Shown: one piece after another, positions 20,975-30,467 of the stretch
Layout: each line of letters begins with the position of its first letter
Position numbering within the stretch: the stretch's first letter is position 1
IMG/VR virus record: IMGVR_UViG_3300042307_001070
Source: an uncultured virus (IMG/VR IMGVR_UViG_3300042307_001070)
Lineage: Duplodnaviria; Heunggongvirae; Uroviricota; Caudoviricetes
DNA length: 64,000 nucleotides
Direction: 5' to 3' (one strand)
Program-made: the position numbers and the translations under genes
The notes under the pieces: model-generated
Database searches by the model: none
Told to the model about the DNA's origin: nothing
Seen by the model: the letters and a program-made list of their open reading frames with translations, nothing else

Positions 20975-21533
20975 TCAGTACGAAGAAATTAAAAACCTAT
21001 TAAAGAAAACGAGACTTCTTAAAGAACAAGCCGAGAGAATAAACATGGCTAAAAGTATCGAAAATAATATATCTGACGATGAACAAGAATATGAAACCGC
21101 TGACGGTGAAAATGAGGTTGAAGATGTTGTTAAAAAAGATAAAAGCAAATCTTATAGAATTTCGGGAGGACTTTTAACTTTACACGGTAAAGAAAAAAAG
21201 GACATAGAACTTACAAGTGACGAAAAAACAGCATACCAAGAAACTATGGATGAGTTTGTTTCTGAAGTTTCTGATTTGTCTGACTTTGGTGTTCTAAACA
21301 TGTATCCAAATGAAGTACAATGGAGTGGTAAGGTAATTGATTTTGATTTGGAGTTCTTCTTTTCTATCGGAGAAGAGAATGGTGTTTACATCAACGGAGA
21401 TATGATAAAATTAGATGAGAAACTAACAGAACTGGTATCCAAATTAACAAGTTACTATGAAAAGTTTAAATCCAAATGGGCTAAAGTAATCGTCGGAAGA
21501 AAGAAAACTCAATTTAAAAAAGAAGAAGAATGA
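20967..21533 (+). CDS. Hypothetical protein
   Basis: Overlapping operonic ORF. Confidence 0.6.
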   Translation: MSNQYEEIKNLLKKTRLLKEQAERINMAKSIENNISDDEQEYETADGENEVEDVVKKDKSKSYRISGGLLTLHGKEKKDIELTSDEKTAYQETMDEFVSEVSDLSDFGVLNMYPNEVQWSGKVIDFDLEFFFSIGEENGVYINGDMIKLDEKLTELVSKLTSYYEKFKSKWAKVIVGRKKTQFKKEEE

Positions 21534-21883
21534 AAAACTTTGTAAAAAAATATTTTAAAGAAATTTTATTGGTAATTATGGTAATCGCCTTAATTTTTCT
21601 TTTAATTAACATTTTCACACCAAAACCAGAAATGTCTGAGTTGGATAAATATAAGTTAGATCAGTTAAATAAAGACATTCATTTAATTATTGAAAATCAA
21701 AAAAAATTAGATAAACAAATTGAAAGTTATAAAAAGGAACTATCACACATAGACTCAACGATTGCCAAAGTACAAAATCAAAAAACAATAATAAAAGAAT
21801 ATTATAAAGAAAAAGGTGAAAAAATTTCAGGTATGAAACCATCTGAGATTGATAGTCTTTTTCATAAACGATATAACTATTAA
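21530..21883 (+). CDS. N-terminal TM + coiled-coil protein (spanin-like?)
   Basis: Single N-terminal TM helix then coiled coil. Confidence 0.45.
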   Translation: MKNFVKKYFKEILLVIMVIALIFLLINIFTPKPEMSELDKYKLDQLNKDIHLIIENQKKLDKQIESYKKELSHIDSTIAKVQNQKTIIKEYYKEKGEKISGMKPSEIDSLFHKRYNY

Positions 21884-21884
21884 A

Positions 21885-22292
21885 ATGAAAAAAATATTAA
21901 TTATCCTTTTGTTTTTACCTATGATGGTATTATCACAAAAAGTAAAAACAGACACCACCGTTATTTGTATACCTTACAAGGCAGCTAAACAAATGGCTTT
22001 AGACCTTAACCGTTTAGACTCTTTAACTGCCGTACATAATTTAACAGTAACCGAATTATCACAGACACAAAACAAAGTTACTTTTCAAGATAAGATTATT
22101 TCCATTATGGAGCAAAAAGAAAATAACTATGAATTACAAATAGAAAAAGAAAAAGAAAAATTTGTAATAGTTGAGGGGCAAAATGAAGATTTAAGAAACC
22201 AAGTTAAAAAACTAAAAACAAAAAATAGTTTTATTGAAATTATAGGAGGAGCGTTGCTTACGACATTAACAATATTCTCAATTCTTAAATAA
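21885..22292 (+). CDS. Signal peptide + coiled coil + C-terminal TM protein
   Basis: MKKILIILLFLPMMVLSQ signal; hydrophobic C-terminus. Confidence 0.5.
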   Translation: MKKILIILLFLPMMVLSQKVKTDTTVICIPYKAAKQMALDLNRLDSLTAVHNLTVTELSQTQNKVTFQDKIISIMEQKENNYELQIEKEKEKFVIVEGQNEDLRNQVKKLKTKNSFIEIIGGALLTTLTIFSILK

Positions 22293-22540
22293 TGGCACTA
22301 ACACCCTCAGAAAAAAAAGAACTGGAAGCGATGGTGAGAAAAGAAATAAAAGACTTTCTTGGAGAACCAACAGTAAAAAAATTTGAAAGTTCTTTAGTAA
22401 AAAAAATTGGTAAGGAATTAAAAAGTGGTGAATTAAGACCCGATTTTAATGAAATATTTACAAATATGATGGCCGAGTTTTATTACACTATGTGGACTAG
22501 AAAGAATACTTGGCAGAGTAGTTTAAAAAATAAAAAATAA
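22292..22540 (+). CDS. Hypothetical protein
   Basis: TAATG-coupled ORF. Confidence 0.55.
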   Translation: MALTPSEKKELEAMVRKEIKDFLGEPTVKKFESSLVKKIGKELKSGELRPDFNEIFTNMMAEFYYTMWTRKNTWQSSLKNKK

Positions 22541-23055
22541 TGAATAAGTTAATAGACGATTTAATTAAAGAAGCATTAAAAAAACTTAATGATGAACCTA
22601 AAGAAGCAACAGGAACGGGTTCTGCTGGTGGGTTTAATGGTCCTGCGTTTAGTATGTGGTCAGAAGATGATGAGGCAAAGTTGGAATATAAAAAAGGTGA
22701 ACCTGTTGAGGGTGAATTTACTGAAGCCACAGGATCGGGATCTGTTGGTGCTTACGACGCACCTGGATTTGAAGACGTAAACATGAGAGGAAACAATCCT
22801 GTTGGTCGTGGAAGGTCGTTTAAAAAAACACAAATACCTGGCGGAGGATTTGTTAAAATACAAGATAAGTGTGGTAAATATAACAATAAACCTTGGTGTA
22901 GCCAAGGTAATAGTAAAGACAAGCCGGTAAAACTAACCAAAATCGCTAAAGAGTCACCACTAAATGAGGCGATCAACAACGTATCAATGAGGACTGGATT
23001 AAGTGTTGAACGAATAAAAAATATAATAATGAATACAATTAATAGCGATTTATAA
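22540..23055 (+). CDS. Hypothetical protein with EATG(T/S)GS repeats
   Basis: Two EATGxGS motifs. Confidence 0.6.
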   Translation: MNKLIDDLIKEALKKLNDEPKEATGTGSAGGFNGPAFSMWSEDDEAKLEYKKGEPVEGEFTEATGSGSVGAYDAPGFEDVNMRGNNPVGRGRSFKKTQIPGGGFVKIQDKCGKYNNKPWCSQGNSKDKPVKLTKIAKESPLNEAINNVSMRTGLSVERIKNIIMNTINSDL

Positions 23056-23076
23056 GTAAGGCGATATTTATTCTAT

Positions 23077-24273
23077 ATGGAAAGTAATGCGATTAATATT
23101 ATAAATAAAATTGTTTCTGAGGAAATAAAAAATAGGGTTTATTCATTAAAAAATAAAATTTTTGAAAACAAAAATATGAAAAAAGGTATGTGTGAAGAAT
23201 GTGGTTCTGGAAAAATGTACGAAGGTATGTGTTCAGAATGTGGTTATTCTGAAAGTGAAGTTAAAGAAAATACAGAAAAAGGTATGTGTGAAGAATGTGG
23301 TTCTGGAAAAATGTACGAAGGTATGTGTTCAGAATGCGGTTATTCTGAGGGGGAAGTTAAAGAAGGTAAAAGCCTATCTAAAGGACAAAAATATATTGCA
23401 AGACAGGCAAAACCATACGACAAAATAGACGGTGAAGATTTTAAAAAGTTAAGATCAAATAAATCAGAAGTAAAAGAAAGACTTTACGGAAGACAAAGTA
23501 GGATTGATGCTAATAAAAATAATAAAATAGATTCTGAAGATTTTAAAATATTAAGAAGAAAAAGAACGGATGAGAGTGTTACGTATAAATTGGTTTTAGA
23601 TGAGTCAACAAACGAGGTATTCTATTTTAAAGAAAATGAAGTTATAAATATTATTGAAAATATAGTTTTAGAAGAAAAGAAAAAGAAAACATCTAAAATA
23701 CCAAATATAACCAAAGACTCACAAAACAAATCTAAAAAAGAAAATGACGATTATCTTGAAAGTGTTGTTAAAAAAATGAAAGATTATTTAAAGGCAGGAT
23801 CTAAAGGTAATTATGAAACAAACCCTAAACACTTCCCTAAAGGTAACGGTGAGTTAGATAAAATGGAAAAGATGGCTTATATGCCGTCAAATTCTGTTGA
23901 GGAATATATTGATAATTTTACCGCAGCTGGTTTAGAGAACTTAGATTACGATGAGATCCACCCTAATGAAGATTGGGTTAATGATTTGTTAGTTGGATCA
24001 TCAAGAACAGGTAATAACCCTGAATGGGGTAATGCGGTAGAGACACCAGCAAACACAAAAAGAAATAAAATAAGAAAGGATAATTTACTTGCTAAACTAA
24101 AAAGAAAGGCATATAATAAATCACCACAACCTGTTGTTAATGATAATACAGGTAATCAAACGGATAATGCGTCTAAAATCATGATGAAATTAGAGTCTAA
24201 GGAAGAAAAATTGGTTTTAGAAGATATCAAAAAGATAAAAAACCTACTTTCATACGGTAAAAAAACACAATAA
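23077..24273 (+). CDS. Putative head-associated protein with duplicated Cys motif and EF-hand-like motif
   Basis: GMCEECGSGKMYEGMCSECGYSE twice; DANKNNKIDSEDF. Confidence 0.6.
   Translation: MESNAINIINKIVSEEIKNRVYSLKNKIFENKNMKKGMCEECGSGKMYEGMCSECGYSESEVKENTEKGMCEECGSGKMYEGMCSECGYSEGEVKEGKSLSKGQKYIARQAKPYDKIDGEDFKKLRSNKSEVKERLYGRQSRIDANKNNKIDSEDFKILRRKRTDESVTYKLVLDESTNEVFYFKENEVINIIENIVLEEKKKKTSKIPNITKDSQNKSKKENDDYLESVVKKMKDYLKAGSKGNYETNPKHFPKGNGELDKMEKMAYMPSNSVEEYIDNFTAAGLENLDYDEIHPNEDWVNDLLVGSSRTGNNPEWGNAVETPANTKRNKIRKDNLLAKLKRKAYNKSPQPVVNDNTGNQTDNASKIMMKLESKEEKLVLEDIKKIKNLLSYGKKTQ
23181..23365 (+). repeat. In-frame tandem duplication, 96-nt period
   Basis: ggtatgtgtgaagaatgtggttctggaaaaatgtacgaaggtatgtgttcagaatg at 23185 and 23281. 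Confidence 0.85.
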
Positions 24274-24311
24274 GTCTTTTGTTTTAAAAAGGTCCGTATT
24301 ATTATTGTTAC

Positions 24312-24800
24312 ATGATGATTGATAATAATATGGGTCGTTTTTTTGATTGGTTAGCAAAACCAATGGATCAAGAAGATGTAACCTCTTGGTATTTAGCCAA
24401 TAATATAATTCCTGAACTTACAGAACTATTCAGGGATTTTTGTATATCTTTTTTAAGTTTAATTAAAGACACATATTTAGGGGATGATTTTGAAAATACG
24501 GACACTAAAGTCGGAATGACTGAAAAACAAAAGAAAGAACACTTAACATGGTGTATTAATAAAACCCTTGAAAATTTTAAAAAAGAGAACATCTATTTTA
24601 TCTTTAGTGGTGATGATATAACCTTTTTTGAGGGGTTCTTTTTTGAGGTCTGTTACAACCAAAACGATCAAAAACTTAAATTAGCTATGGATGATTTTTT
24701 TGTAAATCTTTTTGATAGACATCAGAAAAAAACAAAATCAGACATTGAAATATTCACAGAAATATATAAAATATTAGAAAGATCGTTGAAAGTTTATTAA
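24312..24800 (+). CDS. Hypothetical protein
   Basis: 162-aa ORF. Confidence 0.6.
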   Translation: MMIDNNMGRFFDWLAKPMDQEDVTSWYLANNIIPELTELFRDFCISFLSLIKDTYLGDDFENTDTKVGMTEKQKKEHLTWCINKTLENFKKENIYFIFSGDDITFFEGFFFEVCYNQNDQKLKLAMDDFFVNLFDRHQKKTKSDIEIFTEIYKILERSLKVY

Positions 24801-24865
24801 ATATCTTTACTATTTGCTAATAGATTTTATTATTTTTTAAAAATAAACATTATATAACACAAAAA

Positions 24866-25045
24866 ATGGAAACATTAGAACAAATTAAAACCTTAGTAGA
24901 AACGTTGTCAGCAGAAACCACAAAATTTTATACTAAAGGTAATCATTCTGCCGGCACAAGAGCTAGAAAAAGTGCTCAAGAATTAAAAGAACTTATGCAA
25001 GTTTTAAGAAAAGAAATTTTAGCACACAATAAAGAAGAAAAGTAA
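24866..25045 (+). CDS. Histone H1-like (Hc1-type) protein, 59 aa, absent from track
   Basis: METLEQIKTLVETLSAETTKFYTKGNHSAGTRARKSAQELKELMQVLRKEI; KGN.SAGTRARK motif. Confidence 0.75.
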   Translation: METLEQIKTLVETLSAETTKFYTKGNHSAGTRARKSAQELKELMQVLRKEILAHNKEEK

Positions 25046-25046
25046 T

Positions 25047-25235
25047 ATGGAATTATTATTCAGAGCATCAACATTTGTACTTGTATTCTCAACATTTGTC
25101 GTTTTAAAGTATATGGTTAACTTTTTAATGGCTATATTCTCAAACCCACCAAAACCAATAGAGTATACAGAAAGACAATTAGTTGTTGTGGGGTCTTTTC
25201 TGTCGTACATTATAACATACTTAATATTTTTTTAA
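25047..25235 (+). CDS. Small two-TM membrane protein
   Basis: Two hydrophobic segments. Confidence 0.55.
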   Translation: MELLFRASTFVLVFSTFVVLKYMVNFLMAIFSNPPKPIEYTERQLVVVGSFLSYIITYLIFF

Positions 25236-25239
25236 AATT

Positions 25240-25668
25240 ATGATTTTTAGCCAATTTATATCAAGAGCAACCAAGTATCTCAAATCAGTTAGAGTACTTA
25301 AAAATTTTATTAGTTTTGACATGATTTTTCCTAAAACATGGATGACACTAAAAAAATATCCAGAGGGTATTGAAGTTATACAGACAGAAACAGAAAATGG
25401 TAATACTATTACGTCTTTTGTTTGTGAAAATAATAAAACACTAATAGACATTATTGAGCAAACATTCGAGACTTACGTTAAAACAAATATTGAAAGAGAA
25501 GAAAAAGAAAAATTATTTAAAACAAAAGTAAGAGAATTACAAACAATTTTTGAAAAAGAAAAATTAGAGAGTTTAAAAAGTCTTAAATTTGACATAGAAG
25601 AGTTGACCAAAATTTTGCAAGATAATGAGCCAGAAGAAATCAATGCCGGAGATACAGAAACTAATTAA
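25240..25668 (+). CDS. Hypothetical protein
   Basis: Operonic ORF. Confidence 0.6.
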   Translation: MIFSQFISRATKYLKSVRVLKNFISFDMIFPKTWMTLKKYPEGIEVIQTETENGNTITSFVCENNKTLIDIIEQTFETYVKTNIEREEKEKLFKTKVRELQTIFEKEKLESLKSLKFDIEELTKILQDNEPEEINAGDTETN

Positions 25669-25837
25669 TGTATTAAGAGAGGACATAGAAGAAAATAAAA
25701 CATCCTTAGAAAAAGATAAAAAAAAGTTTTCAGATGAACTTATTAAGTTCAAAAAAGAAAATATTAAAAATACAATACACAAAGAGGAGAAATACACTTT
25801 ATGGCAAAGAATATTGAGAACTTTAGGGATGAATTAG
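25625..25837 (+). CDS. Hypothetical protein
   Basis: Overlapping operonic ORF. Confidence 0.5.
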   Translation: MSQKKSMPEIQKLINVLREDIEENKTSLEKDKKKFSDELIKFKKENIKNTIHKEEKYTLWQRILRTLGMN

Positions 25838-26019
25838 TCAAGTTCGCAAATATTGTTGAAATACTTGAAAGTACGTTCATAGGTGAAGACTCCACAGAAA
25901 TAATCACATATTTAGAAGATCATGTTTTTGATAGAGTATCGAGAGAACTAAAAACTGACCAAAAAAATAAATGCGTTATATCTATAGGTAGTGTAAATTT
26001 TACCTTTTTGAAAAGGTAG
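25801..26019 (+). CDS. Hypothetical protein
   Basis: Overlapping operonic ORF. Confidence 0.5.
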   Translation: MAKNIENFRDELVKFANIVEILESTFIGEDSTEIITYLEDHVFDRVSRELKTDQKNKCVISIGSVNFTFLKR

Positions 26020-26644
26020 TTTTTAATCTATACAACCTTTTTTTATCAAACCCCTTTTCCGTTAAGACATCATATATCCACTTCCTTTGTGTTGTGGATA
26101 TGTCTTTTACAAACATACCATCAACCCTATTATTATTGAAAAAATAGTATTGAGCACACTCTAAAAACCTAACCGACTCTGATTTATCCTTCAATGAGAA
26201 AACACTTAAATCCGAATCCTTCTGAACACAGATTTTATTATTCAACGTGAATATATTCTTCAATTCGTTACTTCCACAGTAGTTCTTTATAAACTGATTA
26301 AAGGTTATTTTTTTTTGAGTTTGCCAATCAAATATCCTCTCCTCTTGTTTATAATTTTTTAAATCTAAAAAAACGTAATCAGTGTTTTCAATGGTTGCTG
26401 GCACATTCCTACCAAAAACATCTTTTATAAAAATACTTTTTTGTATGTTAGTTGTGTTAGTGAGTAAACCTAACGTATAGGTCGTTTCCTCGGCGTTTTC
26501 TATTAGTTTATCAAAAATAATATTTTCTTGATCCTTAATTAATTGATTAAATTTCTCTAATGCTCGTTTTTCTATAGAATAACGTTTGATAATTTTTCTT
26601 TTTTTTTTATTCTTAAACAGAACGATAATATAGTTACTACTCAT
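26000..26644 (-). CDS. Hypothetical protein
   Basis: 214-aa ORF; start codon overlaps the dnaJ start. Confidence 0.65.
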   Translation of the reverse strand: MSSNYIIVLFKNKKKRKIIKRYSIEKRALEKFNQLIKDQENIIFDKLIENAEETTYTLGLLTNTTNIQKSIFIKDVFGRNVPATIENTDYVFLDLKNYKQEERIFDWQTQKKITFNQFIKNYCGSNELKNIFTLNNKICVQKDSDLSVFSLKDKSESVRFLECAQYYFFNNNRVDGMFVKDISTTQRKWIYDVLTEKGFDKKRLYRLKTTFSKR

Positions 26645-27638
26645 GAAAAATTATTATGAAATTTTAGGTGTTGACGAAACGGCAACACAAGACGATATAA
26701 AAAAGGCATATAGACAATTAAGTAAACAATATCACCCAGATGTAAACCCTGAAGGTGAAGAGCGATTTAAAGAAATTAGTGTTGCTTATGAAAACATCGG
26801 AGAAGAGAATAAAAGGGCTCACTACGATAATGTTAGAAAAAATCCCTTTAATGGAATGGGTGGTGGTAATAACTTTGATTTTGATTCTATTTTTGAACAA
26901 ATGATGGGTGGTAGATCCAATCACAGACCTAAAGCTCCTGATAAAGTATTAAGTTTTGATATTAGTCCTGTTGATTCCTATTTTGGATCAAAAAAAGAGA
27001 TTAGATTACAAAATAACGTTGCTTGTGAGCCGTGTAATGGTAATGGTGGAGATAAAAAAATATGTGATACATGTAGAGGGAATGGGTTTGTGATACAAAC
27101 GTTCGGCACCAATATGTTTAGACAACAAGTCCAAGTACAATGCCCTACATGTAACGGTCAGGGGTCAATATTAATCACTCCTTGTAGAATTTGTAGAGGG
27201 TTAGGTGTTGAACCTAAACTTGAAGCTTTCATGGTAAACTTACCACAAAATACGGATAATGGTCATTTTATGAGATTAAGAGGTAAGGGAGATTACTACC
27301 CTAATATAAAACAAAGAGGTGACCTCATAATTAAGGTTAACGTCGTAAACGATAATGACTTTGAAAAAATGGGAGACGATTTGGTACACAAAGTAAGATT
27401 ATCACCGATGGATTTAATTTTAAATGAGAAACTCCAAATTAACCATCCAGATGGTGCGATATCGATTAATATACCGGATAAAATAGATACTGACATACCG
27501 CTAAGAATACCTAATAAGGGGTATATGTCTGAAAACGGTAGAGGACACTTCTACATAAAAATGTCAGTAGTAAAAGATAAGTCCCTTAATGATGAAGTTA
27601 AGAAAAAGATAAAATTAGCGTTAGACCATACCAACTAA
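26643..27638 (+). CDS. dnaJ: DnaJ chaperone
   Basis: J-domain with HPD, G/F region, four CxxCxGxG repeats, C-terminal domain. Confidence 0.92.
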   Translation: MKNYYEILGVDETATQDDIKKAYRQLSKQYHPDVNPEGEERFKEISVAYENIGEENKRAHYDNVRKNPFNGMGGGNNFDFDSIFEQMMGGRSNHRPKAPDKVLSFDISPVDSYFGSKKEIRLQNNVACEPCNGNGGDKKICDTCRGNGFVIQTFGTNMFRQQVQVQCPTCNGQGSILITPCRICRGLGVEPKLEAFMVNLPQNTDNGHFMRLRGKGDYYPNIKQRGDLIIKVNVVNDNDFEKMGDDLVHKVRLSPMDLILNEKLQINHPDGAISINIPDKIDTDIPLRIPNKGYMSENGRGHFYIKMSVVKDKSLNDEVKKKIKLALDHTN

Positions 27639-27779
27639 ATCCTGTATAATTTTGTAGGTGCCGTATATGGCACTAGCAAAAATATACATTGAAAATATGA
27701 TTAATCCTACCTGCGATTTATTTAATCCTTTTTTACATGTGTTACATCTTGTAACTTCTGTTGCCTTTTTTGTTTCCAT
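27621..27779 (-). CDS. Small CxxC + TM protein (52 aa, absent from track)
   Basis: METKKATEVTRCNTCKKGLNKSQVGLIIFSMYIFASAIYGTYKIIQDLVGMV. Confidence 0.5.
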   Translation of the reverse strand: METKKATEVTRCNTCKKGLNKSQVGLIIFSMYIFASAIYGTYKIIQDLVGMV

Positions 27780-27838
27780 AGTTATATTTTAATTATAAAT
27801 CATTTGAAAATAAATATTTAAAAAACTATATTTGTGTT

Positions 27839-28678
27839 ATGTTAAGTTATATCGGAGGAAAAAGTAAGATAGGAAAGTGGATAGTCCCTTTCTATGATAA
27901 AAATATGGAAACATATGTTGAAACATTTGGAGGTATGTTTTGGTGTTTTTATAATATGGACTTGAAAGAGTACCCCAACCTAAAGAAAGTTGTTTACAAC
28001 GACTTTAATCCACTAAATTACAACCTATTTAAGTGTATTCAAAACCCAACGGAGTTATTACAGGCAATTAATGCAATACCATGCCAACAATTTGGTGAGG
28101 TACCAACCCCACCATTATATAAAGAACAATTTATCAGGTTCCAAGCTGAAATATTTGCTGAAGGTTTCAGCGTAGAACCTGGTGATTACGAAGTTGCTGC
28201 CAAATACGTATATATCCTAACTCAAGTATTCAGTGGATCAAAACCTGAGACAAGTTCTTTTATTGACCTTAAAGGTAAATACAAATCAAAGTATTTGACG
28301 TTTAGAGATAAACTATCAAAACCTGATTGGGTTGAACATTTTTTAAGAATAACACACGTCGAAAATATGGACTTCGATGACGTAATCAAAAAATATGATT
28401 CACCAACAACATACATTTATTTAGATCCTCCTTATTGGAAAACTGAGAACTATTATTCAAACCACGATTTTGATAGAGAAGATCACGAAAGGTTAGCAAA
28501 TGTCTTAAAGACTGTTAAAGGTAAATTCTCATTATCCTACTATGATTTTCCAATTTTATCTGAGTGGTTTCCTAAAAATGAATACACTTGGGTTAAAAAA
28601 GAATTCGCTAAAGCTGCTGCCGCGAAGAAGGGAACCAAACAAAATATGGGTGAAGAGTTATTGATTATGAATTATTAA
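27839..28678 (+). CDS. Dam-family (D12 class) N6-adenine DNA methyltransferase
   Basis: YIGGKS, YVETFGG, YND, YLDPPY. Confidence 0.88.
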   Translation: MLSYIGGKSKIGKWIVPFYDKNMETYVETFGGMFWCFYNMDLKEYPNLKKVVYNDFNPLNYNLFKCIQNPTELLQAINAIPCQQFGEVPTPPLYKEQFIRFQAEIFAEGFSVEPGDYEVAAKYVYILTQVFSGSKPETSSFIDLKGKYKSKYLTFRDKLSKPDWVEHFLRITHVENMDFDDVIKKYDSPTTYIYLDPPYWKTENYYSNHDFDREDHERLANVLKTVKGKFSLSYYDFPILSEWFPKNEYTWVKKEFAKAAAAKKGTKQNMGEELLIMNY

Positions 28679-28724
28679 AATATTTTTCTTATATTTGTGA
28701 TATTTATTAATAAAAACTATAATT

Positions 28725-30107
28725 ATGGCAATTAGATTTACAAGTATATTAAGAGACCTTATCGTTGAAGGTTCAAGACAAGACGCGTTTATTCAAAATT
28801 ATATTAAACCTAAAAAGGGAGAAAAAAAAGGTAAATTACCTTTTCAAGTGATGGTCAAAATTATTGCCGCTGATCCAACAACAAAGAATCTGGAAGGGAT
28901 TGATCTTGAAAATATCACACAAGAAGACTTTAATAAAATCCATATTGGTAAGTACTCTAAGTGGATGATTGAAAATTATATTAAGACTTATGTTAATATG
29001 AGTGGAACTATGGAACCTGATAGTCCGGAAACGAAACGATCTATCGAACGAGCCCAATCACTTTTTATGGAGGACTTATATAAAATTACTGGTGACTTAA
29101 TGAAGTTTGAACGATTTAAAAATAGATTACCACAAGAGGTGAGAGATATTAATAAATTGACACCTGAAACTCTTTATGATCAAGTAAAAAACTTTTCATT
29201 AGAAAAAACTAGAGCGACTAAAGATGAGAAAAAAGAAGCGTCTAAAACTTACGAACATCCTGGTGGTGAGGTAGTTTATCGTGGTAGTGAATGGACTGTT
29301 GTTAGAATTTCAGATCAAGGAGAATTAGGTAAAAACGCGGCTTGTTTCTATGGTGGACAACATAAGGATGTACAAAATGGTGAAACAAGATGGTGTACGT
29401 CGTCTCCAGGTCTTACATACTTCAACACATACATTAAACAAGGACCTTTATATGTTTTAATACCTAACTCACCAAGACCATTCACAGGTTCAATGGATAT
29501 TGGATTGGAATCAGGACTTCCAGCATATAGATTACAATTCCATTTCCCATCTAATCAATATATGACACCTGACGATAGAAATATCAATTTGGTTGAGTTT
29601 TTAAATGAAAACGAACCAGGACTTAAAGAGTTCTTTAAACCTGAGTTTGCTAAAGGACTTGCTAGTCAATCTTTAGTTAGTCAAGACAATTTGGTGTCAA
29701 TTACATATCCAGATAGTAGTGCGGCATCTAAGTTTATCGCTCTTTATGGGTTTGATGATCTTTATACTATGTTACCTAAAAATATTAGAAGATTGAGTTT
29801 TAATAATGTAGGGAAAGAAGTGTTTAATTTACCAATTCCTGACGATATTGGTGATTATACGTCGTTAATTGGTTTACACTTATCTAATTGTGTGACTAAC
29901 CTACCTGATAGTGTTTGTAAGATAAAAAATTTAAAGTTCTTATCTATAACGGATAATCCGAACCTTCAAAGTATACCTGAATGTTTGGCTGATGCACCAC
30001 ATTTAACAATTCTTAATTTGAAGAATAGTAGAACGGAAGGTGTTGTACCAGAATCGTTAAAACAAAGAAATGATACTGATGATCATTTTCATCTTTATCT
30101 GAATTAA
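28725..30107 (+). CDS. Protein with C-terminal leucine-rich repeats
   Basis: IPDDIGDYTSLIGLHLSN, LPDSVCKIKNLKFLSITDN, LTILNL; internal TRWC motif. Confidence 0.7.
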   Translation: MAIRFTSILRDLIVEGSRQDAFIQNYIKPKKGEKKGKLPFQVMVKIIAADPTTKNLEGIDLENITQEDFNKIHIGKYSKWMIENYIKTYVNMSGTMEPDSPETKRSIERAQSLFMEDLYKITGDLMKFERFKNRLPQEVRDINKLTPETLYDQVKNFSLEKTRATKDEKKEASKTYEHPGGEVVYRGSEWTVVRISDQGELGKNAACFYGGQHKDVQNGETRWCTSSPGLTYFNTYIKQGPLYVLIPNSPRPFTGSMDIGLESGLPAYRLQFHFPSNQYMTPDDRNINLVEFLNENEPGLKEFFKPEFAKGLASQSLVSQDNLVSITYPDSSAASKFIALYGFDDLYTMLPKNIRRLSFNNVGKEVFNLPIPDDIGDYTSLIGLHLSNCVTNLPDSVCKIKNLKFLSITDNPNLQSIPECLADAPHLTILNLKNSRTEGVVPESLKQRNDTDDHFHLYLN

Positions 30108-30164
30108 AAAAGGGTAAAAATCAAAAAAATTTCTTATCTTTGATTAATGTAAAAAAATTAAATT

Positions 30165-30446
30165 ATGGGTAACTTAGATATTGAAATTTATATGACGAAC
30201 TTTAAGGGGTTTTTTGATAAAAACCCCGAACAGTTAAAAAAACTCATTGGTGATATAAACCCTGATAAGTTTTTTGGAGGGGTAAGAAAAATTGTTGAAT
30301 CAAATTCTACAGAAGATGAAACACCTTTAGAACCAACAAGAAAACAACTCATATCTTTAATTTTAGAACTAAACGGTACAAGTACCAATGTTGATAAAGT
30401 AATCCCATATATGGAGCACCATATGGGATTAATATGTATGAATTAG
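30165..30446 (+). CDS. Hypothetical protein
   Basis: 93-aa ORF. Confidence 0.55.
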   Translation: MGNLDIEIYMTNFKGFFDKNPEQLKKLIGDINPDKFFGGVRKIVESNSTEDETPLEPTRKQLISLILELNGTSTNVDKVIPYMEHHMGLICMN

Positions 30447-30467
30447 TAACCTTATAATATTATTTTT

